Shown here: positions 1 to 12,529 of the stretch, piece after piece
Position numbering within the stretch: position 1 is the first letter of the stretch
Layout of the letters: each line of letters opens with the position of its first letter
DNA from: Octopus sinensis
Taxonomy: Eukaryota
Assembly: GCF_006345805.1 (NCBI RefSeq)
Contig: NC_043005.1
Span: forward strand, 53,568,001 to 53,632,000
Direction of reading: 5' to 3'
DNA: 64,000 nucleotides
Translations under genes and position numbers: made by a program
The notes under the pieces: generated by a model
Databases searched by the model: none
Seen by the model: only the letters and a program-made list of their open reading frames with translations
What the model was told of the DNA's origin: nothing

Positions 1-716
1 AAGAAACCATAAGAAAAATATGTGTTTGTTTTAAAATTTGAGATTACATAGTATTTTACGGAGGATATGGGCAGTTCCCATGGGCACTATCTTTTGAATT
101 TCTGCAATTTTGGGGTTTCCTGGTATCTGAGCTAGGTAGCAATCATCCCCTTTTGCTATCATTCCTAGGGCACCTATGACAACAGGTATTGTTTTAGTCT
201 TCAGATTCCACATTTTGCTAATTTCTGTTTCAAGATCTTTATTCTTGCTCAGTTTTTGGTAGGTCTTGACAAATACGTTTATATCGATTGGGACAGTCAT
301 ATCAATAAGGAGGCATAATTTTTGTTTGAAGTCTTTCAATATGATGTCTGACTTATTTGCATCTATCTTTCTGTCAGTTTGAATGGTGAAGTTCCAGAGG
401 AGTGAAACGTGATCATTTCAAGCACTGGGGGGGGGGGGGGTCACACCAGTTATTATCATGAGGTAAGTCCAGGTTTTTGCAAATTTCCCAGTGAATATAT
501 TGTGCAGCTCTATTATGCCTGTTGAGATACTCTGAAGGCGCAAGAAGACTGCACTTGGAGACATCATGATAAATGGTCTCATTTTGTTGTTGACATACAC
601 GACATTTTGTGGAGCTGCCGTTCTTTAATATATTGGCCTGGTAGTTCCTTGTAGGTTGGGATTGATCTCGGGTTGCTATGATATACACTTCTGTTTCTGA
701 TTTTAAGCTAGAAGCC

Positions 717-720
<4 letters not shown>
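1..720 (-). mobile_element. Dong/R4-clade (RLE) non-LTR retrotransposon, frameshifted 3' fragment
   Basis: ORF 413-718 has the CCHC knuckle CRVC..ETIYHDVSKC and RHN motif. ORF 31-339 has the RLE C-terminus IDMTVP..DLETEISKMW..IPVVIGALG..GTAHILRK. Abuts a (TAA)n tract on its sense strand. Same family as 22070-23712. Confidence 0.85.

Positions 721-722
<2 letters not shown>

Positions 723-808
<86 letters not shown>
723..808. repeat. (TAT/TAA)n microsatellite
   Basis: Seen directly. Confidence 0.98.
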
Positions 809-810
<2 letters not shown>

Positions 811-887
811 ATGTTAATTATAACGTTAGAATTATCAACAACACATATATACATGCACACACTTATGTGTACACTGAGAGAGATAAC

Positions 888-919
888 TAGATAGATAGAT
901 ATATAGATAGCTAGCTAGC

Positions 920-985
<66 letters not shown>

Positions 986-1004
986 TAGATAGATAGATAG
1001 ATAG
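888..1004. repeat. (GATA)n microsatellite
   Basis: Seen directly. Confidence 0.97.
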
Positions 1005-1377
1005 AGATATATAAAAACAAACTAATGGCTAGAACTATAAATACATTGTCCCATATACAGACAATAATATGGAGCTAAATTGCACACATGTTAAAATAAG
1101 TGGGAAAATAACGTAGATGTATATAGAGAGACCTAATAGTAAACGGATATATATATACATATGGGCAGACTGATTGACAGAATTGCAGACAAATACGTAA
1201 ACCGATAAATTCCAAACGTGTGTACAAATGTGTAGGTGTTGTGTTTGTATGTGCGTGTGTGTATTTTTGTGCATGAATGCGTGTATATAAATTTACATAC
1301 ACACACATATGCATGTTTGTGTTTGAGTATATGGATGCGGTTCTTTGTGTGTGTGCTTGTGTGTGTGTGTGTGTGTA

Positions 1378-1420
<43 letters not shown>

Positions 1421-1969
1421 AGAAGACAGATGCATAAATAATAGACAGCTTAGCAAATACTGAGTCACAACCGAGCGATACAACCCGTAAATGTAAAAGC
1501 ATGCATCTCAGCAAGCAAAAAATGAATTGTGATGTATTTGTCTCTTCAACGTGTGTTCTTTCTTCCTTTTCTTCTCTTTCTTTTTGTTTTCTCATTTGCC
1601 CGTAAGGTCAATGAAGGGTACTTGTTCTTTTTATAGAAATCACCAGTTGTCTGTCGAACATACGGTGCCACAAATAAAGTTCATTAATTGTTGTCGTCCA
1701 TCAGGTGGTTTACATCCGAATCTACAAGTTTGAGAAGGAGGGAGAAAGAAGAATTGATCTCAGTACTTAATTGGCATTTTATTGATTAAACAAAAAAGCA
1801 GAATGCAAACCTTGCTGTCGGTGACATTTGAACTCACTGTGTAGAGAACCGGAAGAAGCATCACCATACCTGCCCTTGGATGCTTGAACACCTCAGTTAT
1901 TTCGCCACTAAATGTATGTTTGTGATTATGTATACATACTTAACATTTTTAACTTTGGTTTAATACTCA

Positions 1970-2330
1970 TCTATTATATAAAATCCATTCTGTATGTGCG
2001 TATGTGTGTGTCTTTTAGGATCTCGGGCATCCTCCATCCGATTGCGCTCAAATTTGATATGTAGATACCGACGGTATCAGGGCGTGTATAAGTCTTGAAA
2101 AAATTACAAAAATCGATTATAGGTGAGAATGCAATAGATAAAGTGAATAAAATCGTTTTTCTTTGGAATAGAAAAACAAATCTTTATTTCTTCTTTTGCT
2201 GGCGTCTCAAATTTAGGTTAAATCAGTGTTTCTCAAAGGGGAGGCCTATGGGACGGTCGGACAAGTTGTTTTGAGAAAATTTGGTTTAAATGTTTGACAA
2301 CTCAGCACCGTCCTTTGGACGGGGGGCGTC
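1970..2330 (+). mobile_element. Non-autonomous Helitron-like element
   Basis: Starts A|TCTATTATATAAAA followed by a (TG)-rich tract; GC hairpin CCGTCC-TTT-GGACGG at 2308-2322; no clean CTAG end. Confidence 0.4.
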
Positions 2331-3122
2331 TGGCTCATATCTATATATTAGTATATCTAAGTATACGTATGTGTGTGTGTGCGTACACACACACACACAC
2401 ATATATATATATACACGTCTCTATGCTTATATGTGCATTTGTATTAATGTATAAATATATGTACTTATATATGTATATACACACACACATATATATATAT
2501 ACACACGCATATATATACATATATATACATACATTACATACATATATGTATACATACATACACAGGCACGCATACACAGGCACACGTACACACACACACA
2601 CATATTTGTGGTTTTGTTGTCTATTTCTTGTTTTAAGATACCATTATAGATTTTGTATTACGTAGTTAACCTGCGCAACATTGAAAACATATACTGCTAA
2701 CACATGAATTATCCAGAAAGTCAAAATTGATATTAACTTTTAATTTGAATTGAAAGCATTTTGTGCTTATTGATGACTTCTTGTTCGTTAAATGACAGTC
2801 AGCTCTCCTTTTTCTATTGATAAACTTGATAAGCACGATGTTCTGCGGTGGAAAACAGATATGTTTATTAAAGTCTTAGATGTATTATTTTCATATATTT
2901 GTCTTGTATCTAAGTTGTAGTTACTAGTCTTGTTTAAGCTCCAAACTATACTTTTTAAGTAGGGCTGTGATCAATGCTTTCCTATCATTATTATTCCGTC
3001 TTCTGTTTATATCACGAACAGACTTTTTGAATGTCTCATTCTTATTCTAAAGTGTAGAGTTTATACTAGTATTTGAAAGAATTTGATTTCTATTTTACGT
3101 CTTGCCTATCTCTGACTTAACT

Positions 3123-3149
3123 TTAGGCCGTTTCTATATGCAAGCATTT
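3123..3149 (-). CDS. Candidate terminal coding exon (KCLHIETA*) of a small secreted peptide
   Basis: Acceptor TTTTTTACTAAT..CATTTCAAG|, phase 0 matches the upstream candidate exon; AATAAA on minus at 2864-2869. Confidence 0.35.
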   Translation of the reverse strand, partial: KCLHIETA

Positions 3150-3295
3150 CTTGAAATGGTAGATGCAGATGGTAATATTAGTAAAAAAAAAGCTCCAATT
3201 CGAAAATCACAAATTCATATGATATATCGAAAATAAATCTGCTTGTGTACCTCAAAACCTTTGCCAAGCTATATTTATGAACAAGATAAACATAC

Positions 3296-3423
3296 CTCTG
3301 CAAGGTTTGCAAGATCCGATCTATTACATAGTATTTTCACGTTATTACATTGATGCATAGCTTTTATATATTTCGTATCCAAAGCCATGTGCACCCGTCT
3401 GCTCGGAACTGTATAATTCTGTG
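3296..3423 (-). CDS. Candidate internal exon xQNYTVPSRRVHMALDTKYIKAMHQCNNVKILCNRSDLANLAE
   Basis: Acceptor TTTTCACATCCTGTTCTTAG|, donor GAG|GTATGT, 128 bp, open only in the phase 1 to 0 frame. Confidence 0.45.
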
Positions 3424-3796
3424 CTAAGAACAGGATGTGAAAATTGGGACGGATGCGGAAAGCAATCCGATATCTTTGGGGCACAACTGGTTCAACCGAT
3501 TCATTGAAAACACTAATGCAATAAATATCAATAATTGCTGAAAATTAACAAAGGAATTGCTTTGAATATTCATGAGGAAATATTGTGTTGTATTAGCAGA
3601 ATTCTCAATGCGTTCTAAGAAACTCCTTATATTATTAATTCGGAGCTCTTTAAATTCTGAGTTTAAATCTATTTTTGGTCAACTGTGACATTCTTCCTTC
3701 CAGGTTTAATAACATAAAGCACCAGAACTGATGTGAAGTACTCTCCTTTGCTCCCACTAAAATGCGATATTACATCATATCTGCATTCATAAATAC

Positions 3797-3878
3797 AAAG
3801 GGCAATGGGTAGCAATACAACTAGCAGAGCGCAGGACAAATACAATTTTACATTCTCACTAGACGTTCCGTATTTCAT
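3797..3878 (-). CDS. Candidate first coding exon, signal-peptide-like MKYGTSSENVKLYLSCALLVVLLPIAL
   Basis: Acceptor at 3884-3885, ATG at 3878, hydrophobic core; phase-1 donor is weak (T|GTATTT; alternative A|GTGGGA at 3757). Confidence 0.35.
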
Positions 3879-4474
3879 AGTTTCTGGTCGGATGAAATAA
3901 TACATTAAGTATTATGATGTATAAAATCAGCTACCCACGCACAGTGAACAAAAAAAAAACAGTGTTGCCTTCAATCTGAACTGAATATGAATATTAACGG
4001 CAGAATCCGTTCTTGCTCGGCTTCACAGAAACTATAAGAAGATTGACAAATAACAGTAACTTACTCCTTGAAAGGATGTGCCCCTATTCAAATTTTTATA
4101 TATTTTTGTGCAAAATTGTAACCTGTGATGAGGAGCGTATATATCTTCATTTTGTGTTATTAAAATTCATATAGATGCAGAGTAGTGAATAGCCAAATTG
4201 TAGGAGTACCAAATGTAATAACTTTTAGTATTCGTTTCCATATATTTTATGGCCTGTGTTTAAGTATAATTAATGGTATATTTTTCCATATACTACAGAA
4301 TTGATTAAATCAACCAAACTCTTCCTCTATATATATAAGTATTCGTGGAGAAAGTATCTGATCAACACTAAGGAGCAGAATGTGAATAAAATATTCAAAA
4401 TCCAGGTAGTCAGAATATATAGGAATCTAATCGTTTCAACGAGAAGCAGGACAATTTCAAAATTTAATTTATTC

Positions 4475-4759
4475 AGGCGTGGCTCTGTGGTAAGAAGTTT
4501 GCTTCCCAATCACATGGTTCCAGTTTCAGTCTCACTGCGTGGCACTTTGGGCAAGTGTCTTCTACTACAGCCTCTGTTTGTGTCTGTGTTTGTTACCCCA
4601 TCACCGCTTGACAAGCGTTTCGGCAAAAGAGACATATAGAATAGATACTAGGCTTAAGAAATAAGACCCAGGGTCCATTTATTTGACTTAAATCCTTCAA
4701 GGCAGTGCTCCAGCATGGCCTCATTCAAATGACTGAAACAAGTAAAAGAAGAGAAGAAT
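4475..4759 (+). mobile_element. tRNA-derived SINE type B (CORE-like), internally deleted
   Basis: Head GTGGTAAGAAGTTTGCTTCCCAATCACATGGTTCC, GGCACTTTGGGCAAGTGTCTT motif, tail CTCCAGCATGGCC..GACTGAAACAAGTAAAAGA. Confidence 0.85.
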
Positions 4760-5552
4760 GAAAAAAAATGTCATCAGAGTGGCGATGCATAAACTGCGTG
4801 CAGATAATTTTTTAGGCAAATTATAGTGTGGCTTACAATGCATTGCTTAGCCATGTTTTTTAATTGAACCGAATTAATTAATTTTTTAAGTATCCCCATC
4901 ATAGGTATTTATACTCTGTGATATTAAGAAATCAACTCGTAAATAAACGAAAACCTCGAATCCATCAGTGTACACATACACACGCACTGAGTCGCATGTA
5001 TGCGTGTGTTTGCATGTATGTTTGTGTGTGAGTATATGCGTGTTTGTCCCCCACCACTGCTTGACAATTGGCGTTGGTTTGTTTACTTCCTCTAACATAG
5101 TGATTCTGCAAAACGAGACCCACAGAACAAGAACCAGGCTTGAAATAAATTATGTAGTGAAGTCGATGCTCCAGCATCGCCATAGTCTAATGTCTGAAGC
5201 AAGTAACAGATAAGGGATAAATATATTCCAAACTAATACAAGAAACGTAGAATAAGAAGTAACTTCTACGAAATAGATATGAAATGCATTGAAAAATATG
5301 TTCATAAAAAAACATCATCAAAACATATTCAAAATGCAATTGAAATCATTGCTTTTCACTGTAACAGAACAAACTAGATTAACCATGCATCTGTGTAGCT
5401 GAGAATTAAGTGGATTTGTTATTGATTTAAGAAACTATCTGAAAACTATGATTGAGCCCAGGTGCTTTATGACACCTTGTAGCTGAACCAAGGACTAGAA
5501 TCTTCACAAGCCCCTAAAGAGAAGAATGTTTATAAAAAAAAAATGAACAGTC

Positions 5553-5926
5553 AGGCGCAGGAGTGGCTGTGTGGTAAGTAGTTTGCTAACCAACCACACG
5601 GTTGCGGGTTCAGTCCCACTGCGTGGCATCTTGGGCAAGTGTCTTCTGCTATAGCCCCGGGCCGACCAATGCCTTGTGAGTGGATTTGGTAGACGGAAAC
5701 TGAAAGAAGCCTGTCGTATATATGTATATATATGTATATGTGTGTGTGTTTGTGTGTCTGTGTTTGTCCCCCTAGCATTGCTTGACAACCGATGCTGGTG
5801 TGTTTACGTCCCCGTCACTTAGCGGTTCGGCAAAAAGAGACCGATAGAATAAGTACTAAAAGGTGGTGCTCCAGCATGGCCGCAGTCAAATGACTGAAAC
5901 AACTAAAAGAGTAAAAGAGTAAGAGA
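5553..5926 (+). mobile_element. tRNA-derived SINE type B, near complete
   Basis: A/B-box-like head, CORE-like CTTGGGCAAGTGTCTT, internal TA/TG tract, (AAAAGAGT)n tail; homologous to 4475, 13646, 35911, 47101, 61542. Confidence 0.9.
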
Positions 5927-6135
5927 GTCAGTTAGAGGCAACAGACAAATCAATAAACCAGTACGGAATACCAGAGATATTGAAATATAAAATAGCAAAC
6001 ACAATCCTGGTTGTAGTATGTTTTATTGACAGTCATGCATTAAATAGATATCTTAATATATTTTAGTACATGTTGATACACATACGCACACAACTACACA
6101 AATATGTATGTACACATTTGTGCGCATTTGTTTAA

Positions 6136-6169
<34 letters not shown>

Positions 6170-6172
<3 letters not shown>

Positions 6173-6830
6173 TAATTTTTCTTTTTTCTTTATTCTCTTT
6201 ATTCATATCTTCAGTGTTTTTATTCTTTATTTTTTATTTTTTTATTATTTTGTTATTTTTACTAATCTTCTCTCTCCTTTCTCTTTCATTCTTTCTTTCT
6301 CTCCTCTTTTTCACTTTTTTTTCTCTCTTTATTTCATTCCTCTCTTCCTGTTTTCAATTTAACCTTACTAATACACTCCTTATTTCTAAGTCATTTTAAA
6401 TACAAACCTTGACTCTGCAACACTATATAAATTCCCTACTGGGAATGACCAAGTTTAAAAATCTGCTGGATCTCACTCATAAGATAATCTTACATTGCTT
6501 ATAAACTCTATATTTGGAAGGACTCATATTTAACTCTGTTGGACTTTTGGATTTTACTCAAAGGATATTGAAATATTGCATATATAACATTATGCCTATA
6601 AAATGGATTTAGAAATTCAATAGCCATACATATCTTACATCTATTTTCTTTCCTCCACCTCACTCTCTATTTGTATCACATCGAAACTAACTATGACTTA
6701 ATTTTTCCTCTCACACCGTCTCCGATTAAGGGATATTATTAATTAATATCCTAGAAACAGCTGTAAGACCTTCTATCTATAAATCCTCTAATATCTATAC
6801 AGCCTTGGTTTTTTTATCTTATTACCCAAA
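6170..6830 (+). mobile_element. Penelope-like terminal repeat remnant with degenerate hammerhead (6718-6769)
   Basis: CT-rich tract, then GTCT-ccgatta-AG-GGATATT..AATATCC-TA-GAAAC-AGCT-GTA-AGAC, then TATAAAT..ACAGCCTTGG shared with 8600-9275. Confidence 0.55.
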
Positions 6831-6845
6831 AACTTCTTATATACA

Positions 6846-6897
<52 letters not shown>

Positions 6898-7500
6898 TAG
6901 CTATAATGTACTCTTCCGTGATAGAAGTTTCATCAAGAAAGTACTCCATCTAGCGAGATGTAGTGTATCCTTTGAATAAATAATATTATAATATATATAT
7001 GTGTGTTTGTGTCTGTATATGTACACATATACATGCATACATACACTTTTATCAATGTTTGTCTAAATGTGTTAATGATTGCATACATAGGTACGTGTGA
7101 AGGTGTGCCTGTGCGTGTGTGTGCGTGTGTGCTTACATCCATCCATACATCCATCCATACATACATACATAAATGCATACATACATATATATATACATAT
7201 ATATAAACACATGTATGCGTGCGTGTGTAAAGACATTGCATAAATAAAAAGTTGTAAAGATGAATATATGCAGACAAAAACTTTAGACAAATTGACGCAC
7301 ACGCGCACATATTCAAACTTACAGAGATATGCATATACATATGTAGATATGTGTGTGTAAACTTGCATGTGCGTGTAACATATATAAACACACATATATA
7401 TGTATGTGCGTATGTATATATATATGTATATATATATGTATACATGTGTGTGTATATATATATATGTTTATATGAATTATATACCTACATATATCTATCT

Positions 7501-7599
<99 letters not shown>

Positions 7600-7616
7600 G
7601 CATATATATATATGCT

Positions 7617-7816
7617 AAAACCCCCTTCGGTCATGAGTGACCATGGGATTGCACCTAGAAAGTTAGCCTCCCGGACACAAGTCCGGGCAATAATGTTTAT
7701 GGAAGACCAGCAGTCGCCCATGCATAGCGGCCTCCCCTCTCCGCGCCACCAGTGTTATATAAAGGAAAGGCAAAGGCCGATACAGCTTGGCACCTGTGAC
7801 GTCGCAACTCATTTCA
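7617..7816 (-). mobile_element. SINE type D 3' half
   Basis: Reverse complement matches 47700-47900 and 27925-28120 (GCAAGCTGTAT..GACCGAAGGGGGT). Confidence 0.85.
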
Positions 7817-7831
7817 AGTCTGTTTAAGCAT

Positions 7832-8252
7832 TTTATCTGATCAAATTCATCCCTTGGTTCCAGAACTGTTTCTGGAGGGAAACGTAATATTTCAGGATGA
7901 TAATGCACCAATTTACACGGCTAAAGTTGTTACTGTATGGCACGAGGAATATTCTAGGGAATTTGAACATCTTATCTGGTCACCACGTTGCCCAGATCTC
8001 AATATTATCGAACATCTATGGTGCATTTTAGAAAAACAAGTTAGGAGTCGATATCCTCCACCATCATCACTACAAGAACTGGAGGCTGTTTTAGCTGAAG
8101 ACTGGACAAAAATTGGAAACAAATCAAACTTTGTACGAGTCCATGCCTCGTAGAATTCAAGCTGTAATTACTGCCAAAGGTGGTCCTACTCCATATGAAA
8201 ATAAGTTTGCTTGAAATTTTAAGGTGTTGTCATCATTTTATCCAACCCCTAT
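7832..8252 (+). mobile_element. Tc1-family transposase C-terminal fragment with probable 3' TIR
   Basis: ORF 7854-8153 FQDDNAP..WSPRCPDLNIIEHLW (DD34E-type second D and E), ends CATTTTATCCAACCCC-TA. Confidence 0.88.
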
Positions 8253-8308
8253 ATATACACGGACACACACACACACAAGCACACATATACATACATACTA
8301 ACATACAT

Positions 8309-8349
<41 letters not shown>

Positions 8350-8599
8350 CATACATACATATGTATGTATGTATGTATGTATATATAAGTAATTTGCACA
8401 TAGAGCTAACAATAATCAACAGTTCTTATAAGACTATTTCTTCACTACAGTACTTGTGAAATGTCGGAGTGAAGAAAAGCTTGATTACTCTTGTAAGAGT
8501 CGATATTACTTAAATAAGATGAGAATGAATTGTGTTGAGTAAACTAGCTTTTTTGTTTTATTTTTACACAGAGACGAGTGTGAGTTTTGTATATGTATG

Positions 8600-9275
8600 T
8601 ACACATTCTTATATATACATTCTTTTACTCCTTACCTTCCCATCTCTTTTTAACCCTCCCCCACAACTCTTCCATCGTCCCATCATATTATCTTGACCAC
8701 CAACAAACACGCCCTTTCTCACTTCTTTCACTCTTTCTTCTCTTTACTTTTCACTCTTTGTTTTTTCTCTCTCCCTTTTTTTCTTTTTTTTCTTTTTTCT
8801 CTCATTTTCTCTTCCTCTTTTAAATTTGACCTCTCTCCTCTTCCTAATCATGCACATTTCCACCCCCACCCCTCATTATCCACAAATACTAAAAATACAT
8901 TCTCAAATTTTTATTCACACCACAAAACACTTTAGAATTAGCAACATTGATTCCACGGCTCCATACTTTGAAATGATTAAACATGAACCGCTATTAGATT
9001 TTACATACCATGTATAGGAAACTTTTTTTACCACTTCTATACATCATTTTCCTCGAACTGCATCTACAATATTTTTATATATCTTATTTCTACTTTAAGT
9101 CTCTTATTTCCCTCTATATTCCCTATCTCCTCCTTTTCCACAATAATTCGAACTCAAATATTTTCCCACATCGTCTCTGATGAAGGAATATCCATAATAT
9201 CTCAGAAACAACGGTAAAACTATTTCATTATAAATGTCCAGAAAACTACTCACAGCCTTGGGTGTGTTATCACAT
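8600..9275 (+). mobile_element. Penelope-like terminal repeat remnant with hammerhead-like motif (9173-9220)
   Basis: CT-rich tract, GTCT-CTGATGA-A-stem-GAAAC-AACG-GTA-AAAC, same downstream motifs as 6170-6830, followed by (TA)n. Confidence 0.55.
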
Positions 9276-9279
9276 ACTG

Positions 9280-9347
<68 letters not shown>

Positions 9348-10021
9348 TAATGCAAGACTCACATTAGACTCCTCAATTGCATCATTATCGAACGAAGAGT
9401 TTAACTACGGTCTAACCTTAGCATGCAGAAGATAATGCAAATCTTGCAAACTTGGTTTCCTACACAACTTGATCCTTGATGTCAATGAACATGATTAAAT
9501 TCCCCTTGAAAATACACCACGTTTTCCCTCTAGTCTATTTGCCAACACAATTTCTCTCAATTTAAGAGATTTCTGTTTGATCAAAGTTTCCTCGATTGTA
9601 CAAAGGTTTTTTGTTCTTCTATGCTGTGTCTAGCACTATTGAATAATCTTAACACGTTTGACCTTGTACTTGCGTCGAGGATGGAAATATTGCAAATTTT
9701 GCATTAAATGTTTTTGGCTGACATGGCTTCGTTTAACAGAGCTCTGCTACAAACAACACGTTTAGCTTTTCCATAACTTTGATGATGATAAATTGGAATG
9801 CATACCTTGTGAAACACCGGAACCAGCCTACATGTTAACATAGAAGGAAATATATATTTTTATGTAGCGATACAACAGAAAAACCAGGTAGTACTCACTT
9901 CTGTTAAAAAACAATTCTATTTTACCCGCTATCATTTAAACTTTCTATTCCATTCCTTCATAAAGTCCCTTCGTGTTAGAGCCAATGATGAATTAGTTCT
10001 ATTTCTATTTTAATACTTCAG

Positions 10022-10135
10022 AAACGGGACTGTTACGTGAATGCCTTGTATTTCGTTGCTCAGAGAGGTTTTCAGTGTGCCAAATGGGGTGTGGAGTTTG
10101 TAATAGGTGCAGCAAGGAAGAACTGGAGGTTTTAT
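10022..10135 (+). CDS. Candidate exon, Cys-rich frame xTGLLRECLVFRCSERFSVCQMGCGVCNRCSKEELEVL
   Basis: Acceptor TTCTATTTTAATACTTCAG|, donor TAT|GTAAGA, 114 bp, GC-richer than flanks; a second frame (KRDCYVNALYF..) is also open. Confidence 0.45.
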
Positions 10136-11087
10136 GTAAGATAAGTAAAGATGTACCTCTGTAAGTTCTATTATATTTATGATTGTACCCAAGCTACAGG
10201 GAATTACACCTTATTGAATATTAGTCATGAAAACCTTCCGAAACCTTAACATTCTTGCCTTCCAGAAGTGTTTCTCGCCCTTGTTAAGAACCGGAGATTT
10301 AAGTGGCCACTCATTAACTAGAAATTGCAGCTAAATATTAACCAAATCAAATCCTATTTCGAAAACAAAATGAACATTATATAAATACAGCTCTATTTGG
10401 AAAATACGTGACTGTTAAGGCAGGAATACTTTCAAAAACAGGATTTCTTCGTCATGCTCACGTCGAAATCAAACGACAGCAACAGGCTTTGTTGTTATGA
10501 ATAACATCATCCTCATGACTGCCAATATCACCATCAGCATAACATAAACTACATAAGCATTGGTTCATTTGTCTAAATATTCTGTAGGAACCATCATAAT
10601 GGAATCTTCATATTTGTTGATGAGGTTAGTTTTGCTCATTATTTTTCAATTTAGATTGAGTCAAACATGAAGTACATGAAAATAATATATTTCCCACGGT
10701 AAGAGAATGTTTATTTCCGTATTTTTTTTATGACGTTCTTTCCCAACTGCATTCAAGTGAAACACTGTAAGCATTGGCTACGTGCTGTATTTTGATTAGT
10801 TTTCTTCGTTATGTTCTGTGCTGCGTAATGCTGTTATTTTCTGTTCGATATACGTATGAGTAATTTGCGCAATTTTTGGCAATTGCTGTTTTCTGAATTT
10901 TTTTTGTCTTTTTCTACGTTATAAGTTCAAATCTCGCAAAGCCAACTTGATGCTTCAGCATTCTAAGGCCAATAGTATCTTCAATTCTCACCTTCTGATT
11001 ATCTATAGTTTTAGATATTTACCTTTCGGTAATTTCATCTTTTATTTCATCTTTCATTGTTTTATCTTAAAAATGATATTTTCACAG

Positions 11088-11170
11088 TCAGAATACACGT
11101 TTGTATTTATCCCCGAGAATACTATGGCCTTTATCAAGAAAGTTTCCAGAAATTTTGTCGACACGCTGAT
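11088..11170 (+). CDS. Candidate exon (F)RIHVCIYPREYYGLYQESFQKFCRHAD
   Basis: Acceptor ATTTTCACAG|, donor GAT|GTAAGA; joins 10022-10135 without a stop; low GC3 (7/27) in this frame. Confidence 0.42.
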
Positions 11171-12479
11171 GTAAGAAACAAAGTTGTCAGATTGAGGGGA
11201 CAATCTGAAGTGGGCATCTAAGATTGATTTCGGAAGGTGCGGGGGCCAAACTGTTTTACTACTTCAGAATCTGTTGCACTATCAGAAGAAACTCAGGTTA
11301 GTGTTGCTGAGATTATGTTAGTGAGTTGGCAGACATTCACTTATTTATATCTTTTTATGTAGAAGAACTGCATCACTCACATATGTGGCCTATACACAAA
11401 TTTAGAATTGACATGCCCTGTAAACGAACAGCAAGTATTCGGAACTAAATGTGTGGTATTCTTCGATGAATAGCTTTAGCGTTTGGATACTATTTTGATT
11501 ATGGTAAATATGTAGTATGTCCATGAAAGATTGTAGAGAGTTTGAAAGCTTTTGTGGCGTGCTGTTCATTATGCATTACGCTTCTCACGGCATGAAATTG
11601 AATTTGTTTTTTGTGACTACTAATGTTATGTTCATATAATGTTATGTCAAGCAATAAATAGCAAAAGCTCCTAATGAGACATGTAAAATATTCATACTTA
11701 TTTAAAACAACAAAGATAATATTACTGGCCTTATGAATGAAATATTTCATGCATTTAGGACTTCTGTTCCTTAGGGATTGTCGTTAATGTAGACTGAAAG
11801 CTAGAGTTATTGGGAATGACTTAAAGAACTATACCAGAAATGATATATAGGAATACTTGTAATAACTGCAATAAAATTATTGGGAGAAAGATAACATTCT
11901 TTACTGCGACGTAACCCTTAGAGACTGCTTTGCAATGAAAATTCAGTGAAAGAGCGAATATTTTTATCTAGGTCTATTAGTTTTGCAGTAACTGTATTTG
12001 CATTTCCTAACTATGAAACAATAAGTCTGTATGTACAAGAAACTTGAAGCGATACATACAAAAGTACACACGTGAACACACATACACACATGCGTGCACA
12101 CATACAAATCAAATATACATATAATGAAATATCATTTTACTGTTATTTCACAACAATGATGCAGATATATTTGGTAAATGAAATGCCGACATCTTGTTTG
12201 GGGATTTCAACAGTTTAAGACATTTGAGAAAAGCTTGTGGAAGAATTGTCTGTGTTTCAATTTACTTTGTAGAATGAAAGCTATAATTTATATGAAATAA
12301 TGAAGATTCATTCCATCACATATTCCATCAATAACCACAGCTAACATTAATGGAAATGGAAACAAAAGAAAACTGATATTATGTGATTTCAGCTCGGTTC
12401 ACTCCCAAGTCAATTGTTATTCCTCAAGAGGCATACAGTGGCATTTTGTCAATAAACTTCTTCCCTTTCGTGTCATTAG

Positions 12480-12529
12480 AAGTTAGTAGACATTGTGTTT
12501 TCCAGTTCTAACAAATCTGAAGGGATAGG
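12480..12529 (+). CDS. Candidate exon KLVDIVFSSSNKSEGI(G)
   Basis: Acceptor CTTCTTCCCTTTCGTGTCATTAG|, donor AGG|GTAAGT, phase 0 continues the 11088 exon. Confidence 0.3.

Noticed and set aside
8451-8492. 42-bp exon-like segment (xLVKCRSEEKLDYS) with good splice sites
   Set aside because: Joining it to 10022 creates TAA, and no bridging exon was found
10075-10105. CQMGCGVC as a radical-SAM CxxxCxxC motif
   Set aside because: Lacks the usual aromatic residue before the last Cys and any other radical-SAM context
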